Origin: Macrostomum lignano | Lineage: Eukaryota | DNA: 64,000 nt | Direction of reading: 5' to 3' | Assembly (NCBI GenBank): GCA_002269645.1 | Contig: NIVC01000352.1 | Location: 124,001 to 188,000, forward strand | In this document: one piece after another, positions 23,870 to 35,500 of the stretch | Layout: each line of letters begins with the position of its first letter | Position numbering within the stretch: position 1 is the stretch's first letter | Program-made: the position numbers and the translations under genes | Notes under the pieces: model-generated | What the model saw: only the letters and a program-made list of their open reading frames with translations | The model's database searches: none | What the model was told of the DNA's origin: nothing

Positions 23870-26800
23870 GTTTCAGCCATTTCTGCCGCTGCCAGAAAAG
23901 AAGTTCATCTGAAAGAGTGAAAAAACACAATGATGGGTTCTACTATCAGTAGCATGAAGTAGAGAACAACATTTTTATATTTGCCAACGAAACTTACTAC
24001 CTGCGTATTAGCTGGAGAAGCAATAAAGTAAGCTCTGGTGAGATTCACCCAATGGAGAGTGAGACTCCTTCGATTGAGAGTGAGACTCCTTCGATTAAGA
24101 GTGAGACTCCTTCGATTGAGAGTGAGACTCCTTCGATTAAGAGTGAGACTCCTTCGATTAAGAGTGAGACTCTTTCGATGGAGAGTGAGACTCCTTCTTT
24201 TGAGAGTGAGACTCCTTCGATTAAGAGTGAGACTCCTCCGATAGAGAGTGAGACTCCTCCGATGGAGAGTGAGACTCCTCCGATGGAGAGTGAGACTCTC
24301 CTAACTAACTAACTAACGGAGAGCAAGACTCAGACTCAGAAGAGATATGATACGAGTCTTAGCCAACTGATTTCTCTGCTTCATGTTGACCGATAATGAC
24401 ATGAGGACAATCTTAAAACAGTAATAAGAGATAATAATAATACTTCAGCTATTTGCTTACCACGGTGTCGCTGAGGGCATTGAAACTGGATCGCCTTGAG
24501 GAGCCCGAGTCACCGGCAGCCCGATCCTGCAGCAGTTCAGTCATGTAGGGGTTGTTGTTGCTATTCTCAGACTTCAAGAGAACACTGCTGACTCCGCTTG
24601 AGCACAGAATCCAGTTTGCCGGACTCAATAGAAAGTTTTAGATGGACATGAATGTCATTTTACTAAGTGTAAGTCTCCAAGTGGAGCGCCTTAGTCTACA
24701 GGGGGTGGTATAGGGCATGGGGAACCCTGGTACCAAAATTTTGCCGATATGTAGTATCAATGAGGCACCATCACAAACCCAAAAAACCACAACTCCGAAA
24801 GTACTTCCCATCATAAACCCGAAATATCCCAAACCCGAAATATCCCAAACCCGAAATATCACAAACCCGAAATATCACAAACCCGAAATATCACAAACCC
24901 GAAATATCACAAACCCGAAATATCACAAACCCGAAATATCACAAACCCGAAATATCACAAACCCGAAATATCACAAACCCGAAATATCACAAACCAAAAG
25001 TATCACAAACCCGAAATATCACAAACCCGAAATATCACAAGCCAGAAGTATCACAAACCCGAAATATCCCAAACCCGAAATATCACAAACCCGAAATATC
25101 ACAAACCCGAAATATCACAAACCAAAAGTATCACAAAACCGAAATATCACAAACCCGAAATATCACAAACCCGAAATATCACAAGCCAGAAGTATCACAA
25201 ACCCGAAATATCACAAACCCGAAAAATCACACACCCGAAATATCACAAACCCGAAATATCACAAACCCGAAATATCACAAACCTGAAATATCACAAACCC
25301 AAAATATCACAAACCCGAAATATCACAAACCCGAAATATCACAAACCCGAAATATCACAAACCCAAAATATCACAAACCCGAAATATCACACACCCGAAG
25401 TATCACAAACCCGAAGTATCACAAACCCGAAATATCACACACCCGAAATATCACAAACCCGAAATATCACAAACCCGAAATATCACAAACCCGAAATATC
25501 ACAAACCCGAAATATCACAAACCAAAAATATCACAAACCCGAAATATCACAAACCCGAAATATCACAAGCCAGAAGTATCACAAACCCGAAATATCCCAA
25601 ACCCGAAATATCACAAACCCGAAATATCACAAACCCGAAATATCACAAACCAAAAGTATCACAAAACCGAAATATCACAAACCCGAAATATCACAAACCC
25701 GAAATATCACAAGCCAGAAGTATCACAAACCCGAAATATCACAAACCCGAAAAATCACACACCCGAAATATCACAAACCCGAAATATCACAAACCCGAAA
25801 TATCACAAACCTGAAATATCACAAACCCAAAATATCACAAACCCGAAATATCACAAACCCGAAATATCACAAACCCGAAATATCACAAACCCAAAATATC
25901 ACAAACCCGAAATATCACACACCCGAAGTATCACAAACCCGAAATATCACAAACCCGAAATATCACACACCCGAAATATCACAAACCCGAAATATCACAA
26001 ACCCGAAATATCACAAACCCGAAATATCACAAACCCGAAATATCACAAACCCGAAATATCACAAACCCGAAATATCACAAACCCGAAATATCACAAACCC
26101 GAAATATCACAAACCCGAAATATCACAAACCCGAAATATCACAAACCTGAAATATCCCAAACTCAAAATATCACAAACCCGAAATATCACAAACCCCAAA
26201 AGTTCTAGCAACCTCCAACGGTACTTTTTGTTTTCGGAGTTGTGATATTTCGGGTTTTTATGCCCCCCCCGTATCAATCCACATAACCTTCTAGCTTCAG
26301 AAACATTCGTGTTTTTATAAAAACCCCATCATATTAGAAACTACGCTCTCATTAGGCTTCAATGGACCGCCCATTGACCGCCCCAAGCTATTCCCGTTCC
26401 AGCGGACGCACCGGCGTGAGGTTGCACGTTGACGGTCTCCGGCTTGACAGCTTGGAGCCGGGCGGCGAGAAGAACTGATGACCTTCAGCTGTGGTGCCGC
26501 CTGCGGCAAGACTTCCGCCGCTACCGCTGCACCCGCTGCCGCCGTGAGCCCCGGCGAATGATGAAGCTACTGAGGAGCTGCCAGCTGCCGATTGCGGAGA
26601 CGTGTTGACGCTGTGCCGCCTTGGCTGCACCGCCGTCGGCAGGGAGAGCGTGAAGCTGCGGTTGGCGTCTTCCTGGAAATGTTGCCATTTTAAGATACGT
26701 TTGTAAAAAATGCTCACGTGTCTTATTGACAATACTAGTCAAAAATAACATTGAAAGAAAGTGGTGTAGGTTTAATATCCCGGGAAAAATAATACACGTA

Positions 26801-28810
26801 GATAAACGCAGTTTAAACAGTTATGTCAGGAGCAGAGCTAGTATTGAATTAACGAAATACTGATAATATGGTCCAATCTGCATGTGAACTGTGCCAGGGT
26901 GGTCCAGCGCGGCGCTCTGATGTGCCAGCGGCCCAGGCTCGATTCCAAGTTGGAATCCTGGCTTGGCTCTGCTCGTGCAATTAACGGCCTTGAGGGCCAA
27001 CCATCAAGACACAGTGAAGTGTACATGCCTAACGATAAATAAAGTTAGGACCGCTGTACACTCCTGTGTGAGTGTGTGCCTGTGCGTATGACTGCGTACG
27101 TATCCGCTCTCAGGGGAGTCGGCGGAATGGGCAGCAATGCCTCTCGCCGGTTGTGTGACAATGTCGCTTAAAGTGCGCCAAGGTGCACACAGCCCAGTAA
27201 TTGAAAATCTGGCTTTCAAGACATTTTCCAAGACAGTCAAAAAGTAAATGATGTACATGTATGTGTAGCAAATATAAAGAAGCAGCCAAATGTGTAAATT
27301 AATAAGCAGAGAAGCATCGCCTTATGGGAAGTTTAAGTCGCTTGGGATGCTTGGCTACTTGTAGAAACTCTCAGTCTGCTCATGAATGACGCGCGAGATT
27401 CTCGACTTCGCGAGTTCGGCTGCGCCAGGCAGAACGGCTTCCGGTTTAATAGTTTGGCAAGACAGAAAAACGCCTTGGCTTAGAGAAGACTGAACAGTAG
27501 AATGCACAGAGACACCGGGGAGATATTAAGCAGAGGATACTGATGGATTGAGCAGCCGACCACTTTGCCAATTGAATTTCTTCCGCTACTGAGGCGGCAG
27601 CAGCCGATCCAGGAAATTGCGACTTGGCGTGCGACACTGAGGAATCGGGCCTCATCAAATATAGCTTCATCGTCTGCTTGAGCTGGAATTGCTCCGCAAA
27701 ATGGCTGATAAATCCATAAAGCCGGTAGAGATTATTGGAAGAGCTTTTTCACGGCATAAAAATCGCAATTGCGAAATGATGAAGCACTTTGGGAGTACGG
27801 ATGCTGGTGTAACCGCCCTGTCCTTCTCAGCCCCCATCGTGAGGGAATAGGGTACATAAAACAAAATACGGCTAGATCGTGGGAAACTGATGAATGCTCA
27901 CTAGAAGATGCCTTCAGGAAAAATTCCTGGGTTGAATCTTTGCGTTTCGAGCAGCCCAGGGGCCCCTTACCTCATTGACAGATGGTGCATTTTTTCCTTT
28001 TAAACTTCAAATTGTAAGGCCACTTCAAAGAAATCATTAAAATATTGAGGTTCAAAGCCATGGGATTTTGGCAGCTAGCCGAAATGGGACGAATTTGCAA
28101 ATCCAGCAAGCAGTTCAAATATAAGATAAGGAACGCAGAGGCTACAGGGATACTCGTAGATAGTCAATGGACACAGGACAAGATAAAAGATTGCCTGACT
28201 GGTGAGACATCAGGCACAGAGCACATGAACTGGACAGACACACGACTGATACAACGTGGCTAGCAAAACATCAATTAAGCTTTTCAAAACTCAAAAAGCA
28301 AATCAAACTGTAGACAGAGAGATTTGGATAAAGGGCAGAAGGTTCAGCAGCGGCGCTCGTACACTGCTGCTGTACAAGTGACGCCTCGCAGCAGACATCG
28401 ACTCCCCGATTGGAGGATGGGGCGTCACGTCCAGACTCCGACTGCGCGGCTGATGCTGCTCAAAGTGATGCGTTATCATCAGCCTGGGCGGCTGCTGGCA
28501 GCGGTTCGGCCAGCGGTGCTGCTGCGGCTGCTGCGGCTGCTGCTGCTGTTGGTTCTGATGGTACTGGTGATGCTGGTGGAGATGTAGCAGCCTCTGTCGA
28601 CCTCTGTTATCCTCAGGGAGTAGAATCTGAGCCGCTGCCTGCTCTGCATCAGCATCAGCCGATGTAGTGACAATGATGGGCACGGAGAGGGAGTGCTGCG
28701 GCGGTTGGTGCACCCGCAGACAGTCCGGATGGGTGCCGAGCGAGCCGCTTTTAATGCGGGATGCAGCGGAGGCTGCACTGTCGCCAGCAACTGACGATGC
28801 GCTGGACTGA
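23870..28810 (-). CDS. Unidentified multi-exon gene (low-complexity, Gln/His- and RRxS-rich); exon model tentative
   Basis: Best-supported exon 26672-26412 (phase 0/0, ttccag|..ccg|gtgcgt). Exon ending at donor 24461 (SSRRSSFNALSDTV). Poly-Q segment ~28800-28365; candidate exons near 27700-27555 and 24413-24355. No domain recognised. Confidence 0.5.
24055..24300. repeat. Minisatellite, 21-bp unit (GAGAGTGAGACTCCTTCGATT)
   Basis: Tandem units. Confidence 0.95.
24700..26270 (+). mobile_element. Putative non-autonomous DNA element carrying a ~1.4-kb array of a 16-bp unit (CCCGAAATATCACAAA)
   Basis: Array at 24800-26200. Subterminal inverted segments (CACAACTCCGAAA near 24790; TTTCGGAGTTGTG near 26235). 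Related inverted copy at 45990-46330. Confidence 0.6.
26885..27145 (+). mobile_element. tRNA-derived SINE, near full-length copy
   Basis: tRNA-like head (GGTGGTCCAGCG..GGCTCGATTCC), body shared with 8790-9000, tail shared with 7140-7545, 43010-43130 and 54625-54720. Confidence 0.75.
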
Positions 28811-30903
28811 CAGTTTTTTCGGGGTTGCGATTAAATCAAAACTGAGGTTTGCGAGAGTGCTCTGGTTTCAGTTCTAGGGGATAAGGTACATTTTTGTCTG
28901 CGCGTTTCAATCTGACATTCGGAAAATCTAATTCTAAAAAAGCACAACAAAACAAAAGCCTCCACCGCTTGAACTGTACGGATGGACTAGCTAGAGTGAA
29001 TCAGCGCTCCATCTATTATGTTATTTAGTTCGATTTGCAAGTTAGGCTTCAGCAGCGTAACTTACTCGTAAGCATCAACGGAACTTAATGGGATTAGGGC
29101 TGGGAAGAGTATACCGGGTATATGAGTATGTAGGCTGATACCTAATGGAATTAGGAACGCATCGTGCATGGGCATGGCTCAGTGAGTTGACTGCAGCTCC
29201 TGTATGGATTTATGCACAGATAACAAAAAGTGCTTACTACCAATTGAAAACTATTCTACTAGTCACTAACTATAAGCTAGGGGCTTTATCTGCTGCAAAT
29301 AGGAAGATCAAAGTTTGTCGCCACTCACTGCGGTACCGCTGGCACAAAATACGTCAGTTGCCGAGCCTTTCCGAGGACTGGCGCGCAGACTGAAGGACGG
29401 ACTGCTGCCCGTTTTTCCCATCTTCACCACGGGGTCCTCGCCTGCAGGGGGAAGACGGTGTTTCACTTGAACTAAAGCTTGCCAAGATTATGCGACATCT
29501 GTAGTTTCAAAACGCATTTTACATGAAAGAAACAGGATATGTTTCATCCGGGGCGGTGACAGTGCTGGCTTGCGGGGTTAGAAAATCAATCAAGTTGGAA
29601 ACAAAACGGTGGAAAATTATTTTAAACGAATTACAGAAAGATTTTACAGAAAGTGCATCAAGGTTTAAAATTTATTGAATTTAATCGATTTATCATCACT
29701 AATAGAAGGCGTCGTCACGTGACGCAAATGGGTAACCTAAGGTTTCATCCCCGAACGAGATGTTGCTACTGAATGCGAATGAGTCACCTCCGGCGGAGTG
29801 AGGTTGGTGTCAGGTGCATTTCATTTTTTAGATCCTTTACTGAGTAAAGTCTGCAAAGCTACAATATAACTGTCAAAATACAGTATCCGGTTTAAGCAAT
29901 GGAACACTAAAAGTTCCACAATCCATAAATGGACTAAAGCTTGGTCTTAGAATTTTTATTCGTAAAGAACTTTTGTCTTTCATACCCTGAGCAGCTCTTT
30001 GCTTGCATAGCTAATTGGGTATGGGGCGGGCAACACTAGCTTTGCGGCTGTGGAGAATTCAATATCGACTTAGTAGTATAGACACGAGTGCTAAGCCATC
30101 CACTCTGCAACAGACCTTAGCCCTCTCAGCTTATTATCCTTGCCCCATCTACATCCGTTCTTCCCCCGACTGCACCTGGCTTCGGCTGAACTGCAACCAT
30201 CTGGGAACGGAAAAAATTACTGGGCAACCACATGTTACGTCTTCTGCACACCTGAGAGCAATCGGCCTGACGTTCGTGCAAGCGAAACTTGACAGTCGGA
30301 GTCGGTGCAACTAAAGGCAACAAAGGAAACGCATCAACGAGAGAACGGCTTGTTTTGTATACCTGCTATCGAGGCGATAGGTCAGAAGTTTTATCGGATT
30401 TAGAAATTCGTGAAAGAAGCATGCGGCATGTGTTGTTAGAGAGTTTTTAATCTTGTTTCACTTTTCATAGAACCACTTATGAGAGCTTATGATCTCATTT
30501 CCCAATGTGCGATGGTTCTGCAAAATTTCTCCTTAAGCTAAATGGAAGGATTAAAATAATTACGTGAAGCAGTTTGAAAGGAAGTAATGATGAAAATCTA
30601 GCTAACTACCATGGATGTATTAAGATTACTGAGGAATTAGGGAAGACTCAAAATGCTATTGCTTGAGTTGGCGGGTACCGAATCGTTATCCCATTGGCTA
30701 CGGCAGGGTGAAGAGATGCAGCCAAAACACGCAACCCGAGAATGCTCTACACAATAAAAGCCCTAGCAATATCCCCCTGACATCCCTGCTGTTAGTCCTG
30801 CTCGTGAAATTCGAACTCGAACCGGCTGGGACTCAGAACTTCGTTTCCTTTTCCATAATCACTTCGAAGCCATAAGAAATTCAGCACGACAGCTGTAGCC
30901 AGC

Positions 30904-31404
30904 ATGCGTAGGGCCGTAGCTTGCGTCGTAATATTGACCTGGATTCTATGCGAAGTCCGCTCAGCGGAGATGACGCAGAATCAGCACCTGACCGAGTCGA
31001 AAGGTGACCTGGAAAAGGCAAAACGATTCTCTTCTCCCGGGACCTACGACTGGAAGAAGAAGAGGTTCTCGTCTCCTGGAACCTATGACTGGAAGAAGAA
31101 GAGGTTCTCGTCTCCTGGAACCTATGACTGGAAGAAGAAGAGGTTCTCGTCTCCTGGAACCTATGACTGGAAGAAGAAGAGGTTCTCGTCTCCCGGGACC
31201 TATGACTGGAAGAAGAAGAGGTTCTCGTCTCCCGGGACCTATGACTGGAAGAAGAAGAGGTTCTCGTCTCTAGGAACCTATGACTGGAAGAAGAAGAGGT
31301 TCTCGTCTCCCGGGACCTACGACTGGAAGAAGAAGAGGTTCTCGTCTCCCGGGACCTATGACTGGAAAAAGAAGAGGTTCTCGTCTTCTGGAAGCCGTGG
31401 CTGA
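30904..31404 (+). CDS. Neuropeptide precursor: signal peptide, 9 x FSS(P/L)GTYDW separated by KKKR, C-terminal FSSSGSRG
   Basis: Hydrophobic N-terminus (MRRAVACVVILTWILCEVRSA), KR/KKKR convertase sites. Variation between units is mostly synonymous third-position (CCC/CCT, GGG/GGA, TAC/TAT, AAG/AAA). AATAAA at 31549-31554. Confidence 0.9.
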   Translation: MRRAVACVVILTWILCEVRSAEMTQNQHLTESKGDLEKAKRFSSPGTYDWKKKRFSSPGTYDWKKKRFSSPGTYDWKKKRFSSPGTYDWKKKRFSSPGTYDWKKKRFSSPGTYDWKKKRFSSLGTYDWKKKRFSSPGTYDWKKKRFSSPGTYDWKKKRFSSSGSRG

Positions 31405-31548
31405 GAAAACAATCCAATATCGAACTATTTTATCTGACAATAGCAGCGAAAAGGGAAAGCTTATTCCACGAAAGCTTATCAGCATCCCTAATTACATTGC
31501 ATCCTATGAGTACGACTCAGCTGACTAAAGCAAAGTTTTTTTCTGATG

Positions 31549-31554
31549 AATAAA
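31549..31554 (+). terminator. Candidate polyadenylation signal of the neuropeptide precursor gene
   Basis: AATAAA about 145 nt after the stop codon, followed by T-rich sequence. Confidence 0.5.
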
Positions 31555-32577
31555 CGGCCTATTAAACTCGATTTCTATCTCGCTATCTCTTCTATTGATT
31601 TTCGAAGGAGATATTAAATAATTTGTTTATGCGAAGCCTACTGACGGCATGCAACGTCGTCTTTTTAAACTGAATTGCTCATCTGTCCACTAGTAGGCAC
31701 TGGTTGAACTCGAGTTACCCGGCTATAGTGCTACCTGTACACTGTCTCTCTTTTCAACTGCTATTACCGGTGCTCGTGATCATAATTGGGGCCATATTCT
31801 AAATCCATCAGGGACAGGAAGGAGCTAACTGCATTGGCTCTCAAGCTGCAAGCGAAGAATAGCGCGCACAAGTGTCTTCAAGTGGCCGCCTATTGAACTG
31901 ACCGGATAAACAAATAGGGCATCCAACTCCGATGTAGATGGCTAAAGAGACTATTAAAGCAAAGCTATCCGGCATAAAAAAGTAAACAACGGCTTACAGT
32001 CGGCATAGGAAAAAAAATAGTGATGTGCAAGTCAGCTACCGAGTGCGAGCGAGCATGCAGTAGTCTAATACAGACTGCTTAGTAACCAGGAAAGGATGAA
32101 AAAAAACAAAATAAATCGTCATCTAGGCTGCGATTACTTGCGAGACGGTATGACGAGACACACGGACCAAAGCATGCGACAGTGGATAGTATGAGCTAAA
32201 TGGGGCTTGGCATGGGCCAATCCAGATATTGTTACTAATGCTAACTCAGTGACCGAATTACCGACCAGTCATTTCTGTAATGTTTACGCTTTAAGTTCGT
32301 ACCCCTATTTTTGTTGAGCATGTTCTCATACAATTAGTAGGCACACAGAAAATCATTTCATTAGGACGAACTAAGAGCAGATTTCGGTGTCAGGGGAGCC
32401 CGTTGTAAGACACGAAAATCCCTCAAAGCTAATTCTTTGAGACATACGACCACTCTGTGATAGAAAATCTGAGGCTAATTAGCACTGTAATGTGTAACAC
32501 TATGGCCTTTAGAATTCCCCAAAAGTCTAAGTACTATTATTCCATATAGTGTTATAATGTTTTCCAACCTTAGCTTA

Positions 32578-35500
32578 TCAAGTTTTTTTCAACACATCCC
32601 TTTCCCATCTTTCCTCATCCCAGAGACAAGCACCTGAGTCGCACAGGCGACTGGGACTCGGGTTCCCATGGCTGGGCCTTCGCATCACATTGTCCTCTGA
32701 AGTTTGCCGAGTCAGAGAGCTGCGCCTTCGCGAGTCTCGGTACCGCGATATCGCATTGGTTATATCGCCTGCCCTGCTCGCCTCCAACAGCTTGGAGATG
32801 GCCTCGATGCGCTTGCTTAGCGGAGCGGCCGACAGGTCTGCGAAAATTGGTTTGGCTCGCTTGGTTGCGAATTTTATTCGGTCTTGAACTGGCCGGACTT
32901 CTTGTGCAGGCCTTGGACGGCACATAATAGCTTGTTAGCTCTACTAAGGACTTGTCGCTTACTAAGGAAGTCATTCCAGCATGAATTTTTTCCAGCAAAG
33001 TCCTCAGACCCCTTCACTCGTCAAAGCTTTTAGTTTACTCCTTCAAATGTCAAATCTTTGTTAACAGCCACCTCACTCCCTAGCTCTCCCTAACCCCAAG
33101 CTCCCACAGCCACCTCACTCCCTAGCCCTCCCTAACCCCAAGCTCCTACAGCCACCTCACTCCCTAGCCCTCCCTAACCCCAAGCTCCTACAGCCACCTC
33201 ACTCCCTAGCCCTCCCTAACCCCAAGCTCCTACAGCCACCTCACTCCCTAGCTCTCCCTAACCCCAAGCTCCGACAACCACTCCATCTTCCCTCGCAGTC
33301 CGAGTTGTTACAAAATGTTTTCTACATCACTTGATTTCGATGATATAAAAACGCTTTCATCAATTTTACGTGATCATTCTCTTGTTTTTGCTCGGCCTTA
33401 GAACGAAATCTCAAAAGCACTCGTCGCAAAGAACTCTAGCAAAGTGTGGAACCATGCTCCACTCATCATGCCAACTAATGGCAGACAAAAAAAGCTTCTC
33501 CATTCGAAAATGATAAAACGACGGCTTTGGAAGTCATAAATCACTGGATTTTTGCAGCAAGTCTCACTGGGTCCAATTCGTCACGGCCATCTTGGATGCT
33601 TGCATGAGATCGGCTCAGCTGTCACAAGCATTTGGCTCACCTGTCAGCTAAAGCCTGCTTGGCATTGTAATTGGATAATTGGTCGGAACAAAGTGACTCC
33701 GGGAAATTTTTCAGCGCTGCTTAGCACATTGTCGGATCGGGGACAGACCGGGCTTTCGCACTTTTGATCCGGAGTGTCTGGATAAGCAAACATGCTGCAA
33801 TCAATACACTACAAATAAAATTGACTATAAATCTGGAAAGCAATCAGACTCAGGAGTGCTTATTTGCGAATTAATTATGGAATAAGTTCAACACATCGCC
33901 ATCAAGCCTATTGATCATAAAGAACTGGTTAGTTAATCATTCAATAGCCGTAGATAAGTGTTAGTCCGAACAGGCCCTAACCCTACCTGGATTGGAGTGC
34001 ACACCGGTAGCTGTCTCGTTAAGCTTCTTAATCTGCTCCTTGCGCTGCAGACCGGAGGAGCTCCGCCTGCGATGCTGAAACTTGTCGTCATCGTCTACCA
34101 TTAGCGTCAGTTCAGACTCGAAGCTCGGCTGCTGCATGGTGATGAGCGGCGGCCTGGTGTGGCTGCTGAAGAGTTTTCATTTTCGGAACTAAATTCATTT
34201 CGTGCGCTTACAACTCTACTAAGCTCTATGGTAGAAACTGAATCCAGGTAGACAACTTTCTGGACGCATTAAATCAGCCCATTCAATTGCCCACCAACGC
34301 TCCGCAAACGCCCAGAAAATGATCTGGTGCGTCACTTTCGACGTCAAGGACACCGCAGTTCGACGTCTTATCGGAAAAAAGACCAGAAGTGTTATTCGGT
34401 GCTGTGTTGATATAAAATCAGATCTAACTGAGGTTAATCTTGCGAGTCAAGGGTGTGGAAAGAGCATCAGAAATATAAGCATAGCTAGTTGCAAAGGGCT
34501 TTGAATATTGCCTCAAATTAAGGCGACCATGCAGAAGGCAAGCACACGATTCACACACACGATGCACATTGCAGGCACTCGCTCACACAGGATGCACAGA
34601 ATATGTGGCCGCATTCGGAATCGAACTCGGTGTATTTGGCTATTTAGAATGATTTTGTGATTGTAGAAAAGTACATTCATCGCGGTGCCACCCTGCTTTT
34701 TCAGCATCCTCACCCGGAGTCCTCCATCGAGTCGCTTCCGTTGACCTCCGTCAGCTTCATTTGAGCGGACCGGCCGTTCTCCAGACGCATCCACATCAAA
34801 CTGAGCGTTTCCATGACAACGCGAAAGTCCTCGCGCCTCAGATTTGGATTGACAGTGTAGGGAATGAGGTGCGGCAGCACTTTAGTGGCAATCAGGCTGA
34901 AGGTCAGGCCGAACTTCTTGTCGGAAAGCATATGCTTGTAGATGTCTGCGAATTAACGATTGCTTCTGAATTGCCCTTGACTGAGCTGAACAAGTAAAAA
35001 ATATCACATTACTCACGAATAACTGCCATATAAATGTCGGTGTCCGTAAAGTTGATTTCCAGAAGGAACGGCAAAATCTCCTCCAAAATGATCATCTTGT
35101 CCAGCCGATCAATCAACTGATCTATGCAGGCCAGCGCGTTGATTTGCATCTGAAAAATCGAGAAAACGCACTTTTATCTATTATGAGTAGGCTAACTGTA
35201 ACATGACTGTCCGAATCTTTACTCACAGGCAGCAGGCTGGAGCTGCGGCAGAAGACGGCTTTCGCCTTTGGCAGAATTAGCCGGCGCATCGTCTGCTCGT
35301 CGATGTGATCTTGCAGTACAGCGAAGGAGTTCAGAGCCGCCTCCTGCGAGACGTGCGGGATAATGGTGTAAAATCTACTCTGTAACATTCGATTGTTTAA
35401 CGCGTCACCCGTGCCTCACAAGTTCGTAAAGTTCCTATATATCTATCCAAATCTCAACCAGTCACCCAGGTTCCCACCAACGCCGAGACTTACTTGTCCG

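Noticed and set aside
24052-24312. SETP-repeat (mucin-like) ORF
   Set aside because: Pure 21-bp minisatellite with no signal peptide or supporting exons, antisense to a probable intron.
30295-30312. GAGTCGGTGC, resembling the Cas9 tracrRNA 3' end
   Set aside because: A 10-nt chance match with no other tracr or CRISPR features.
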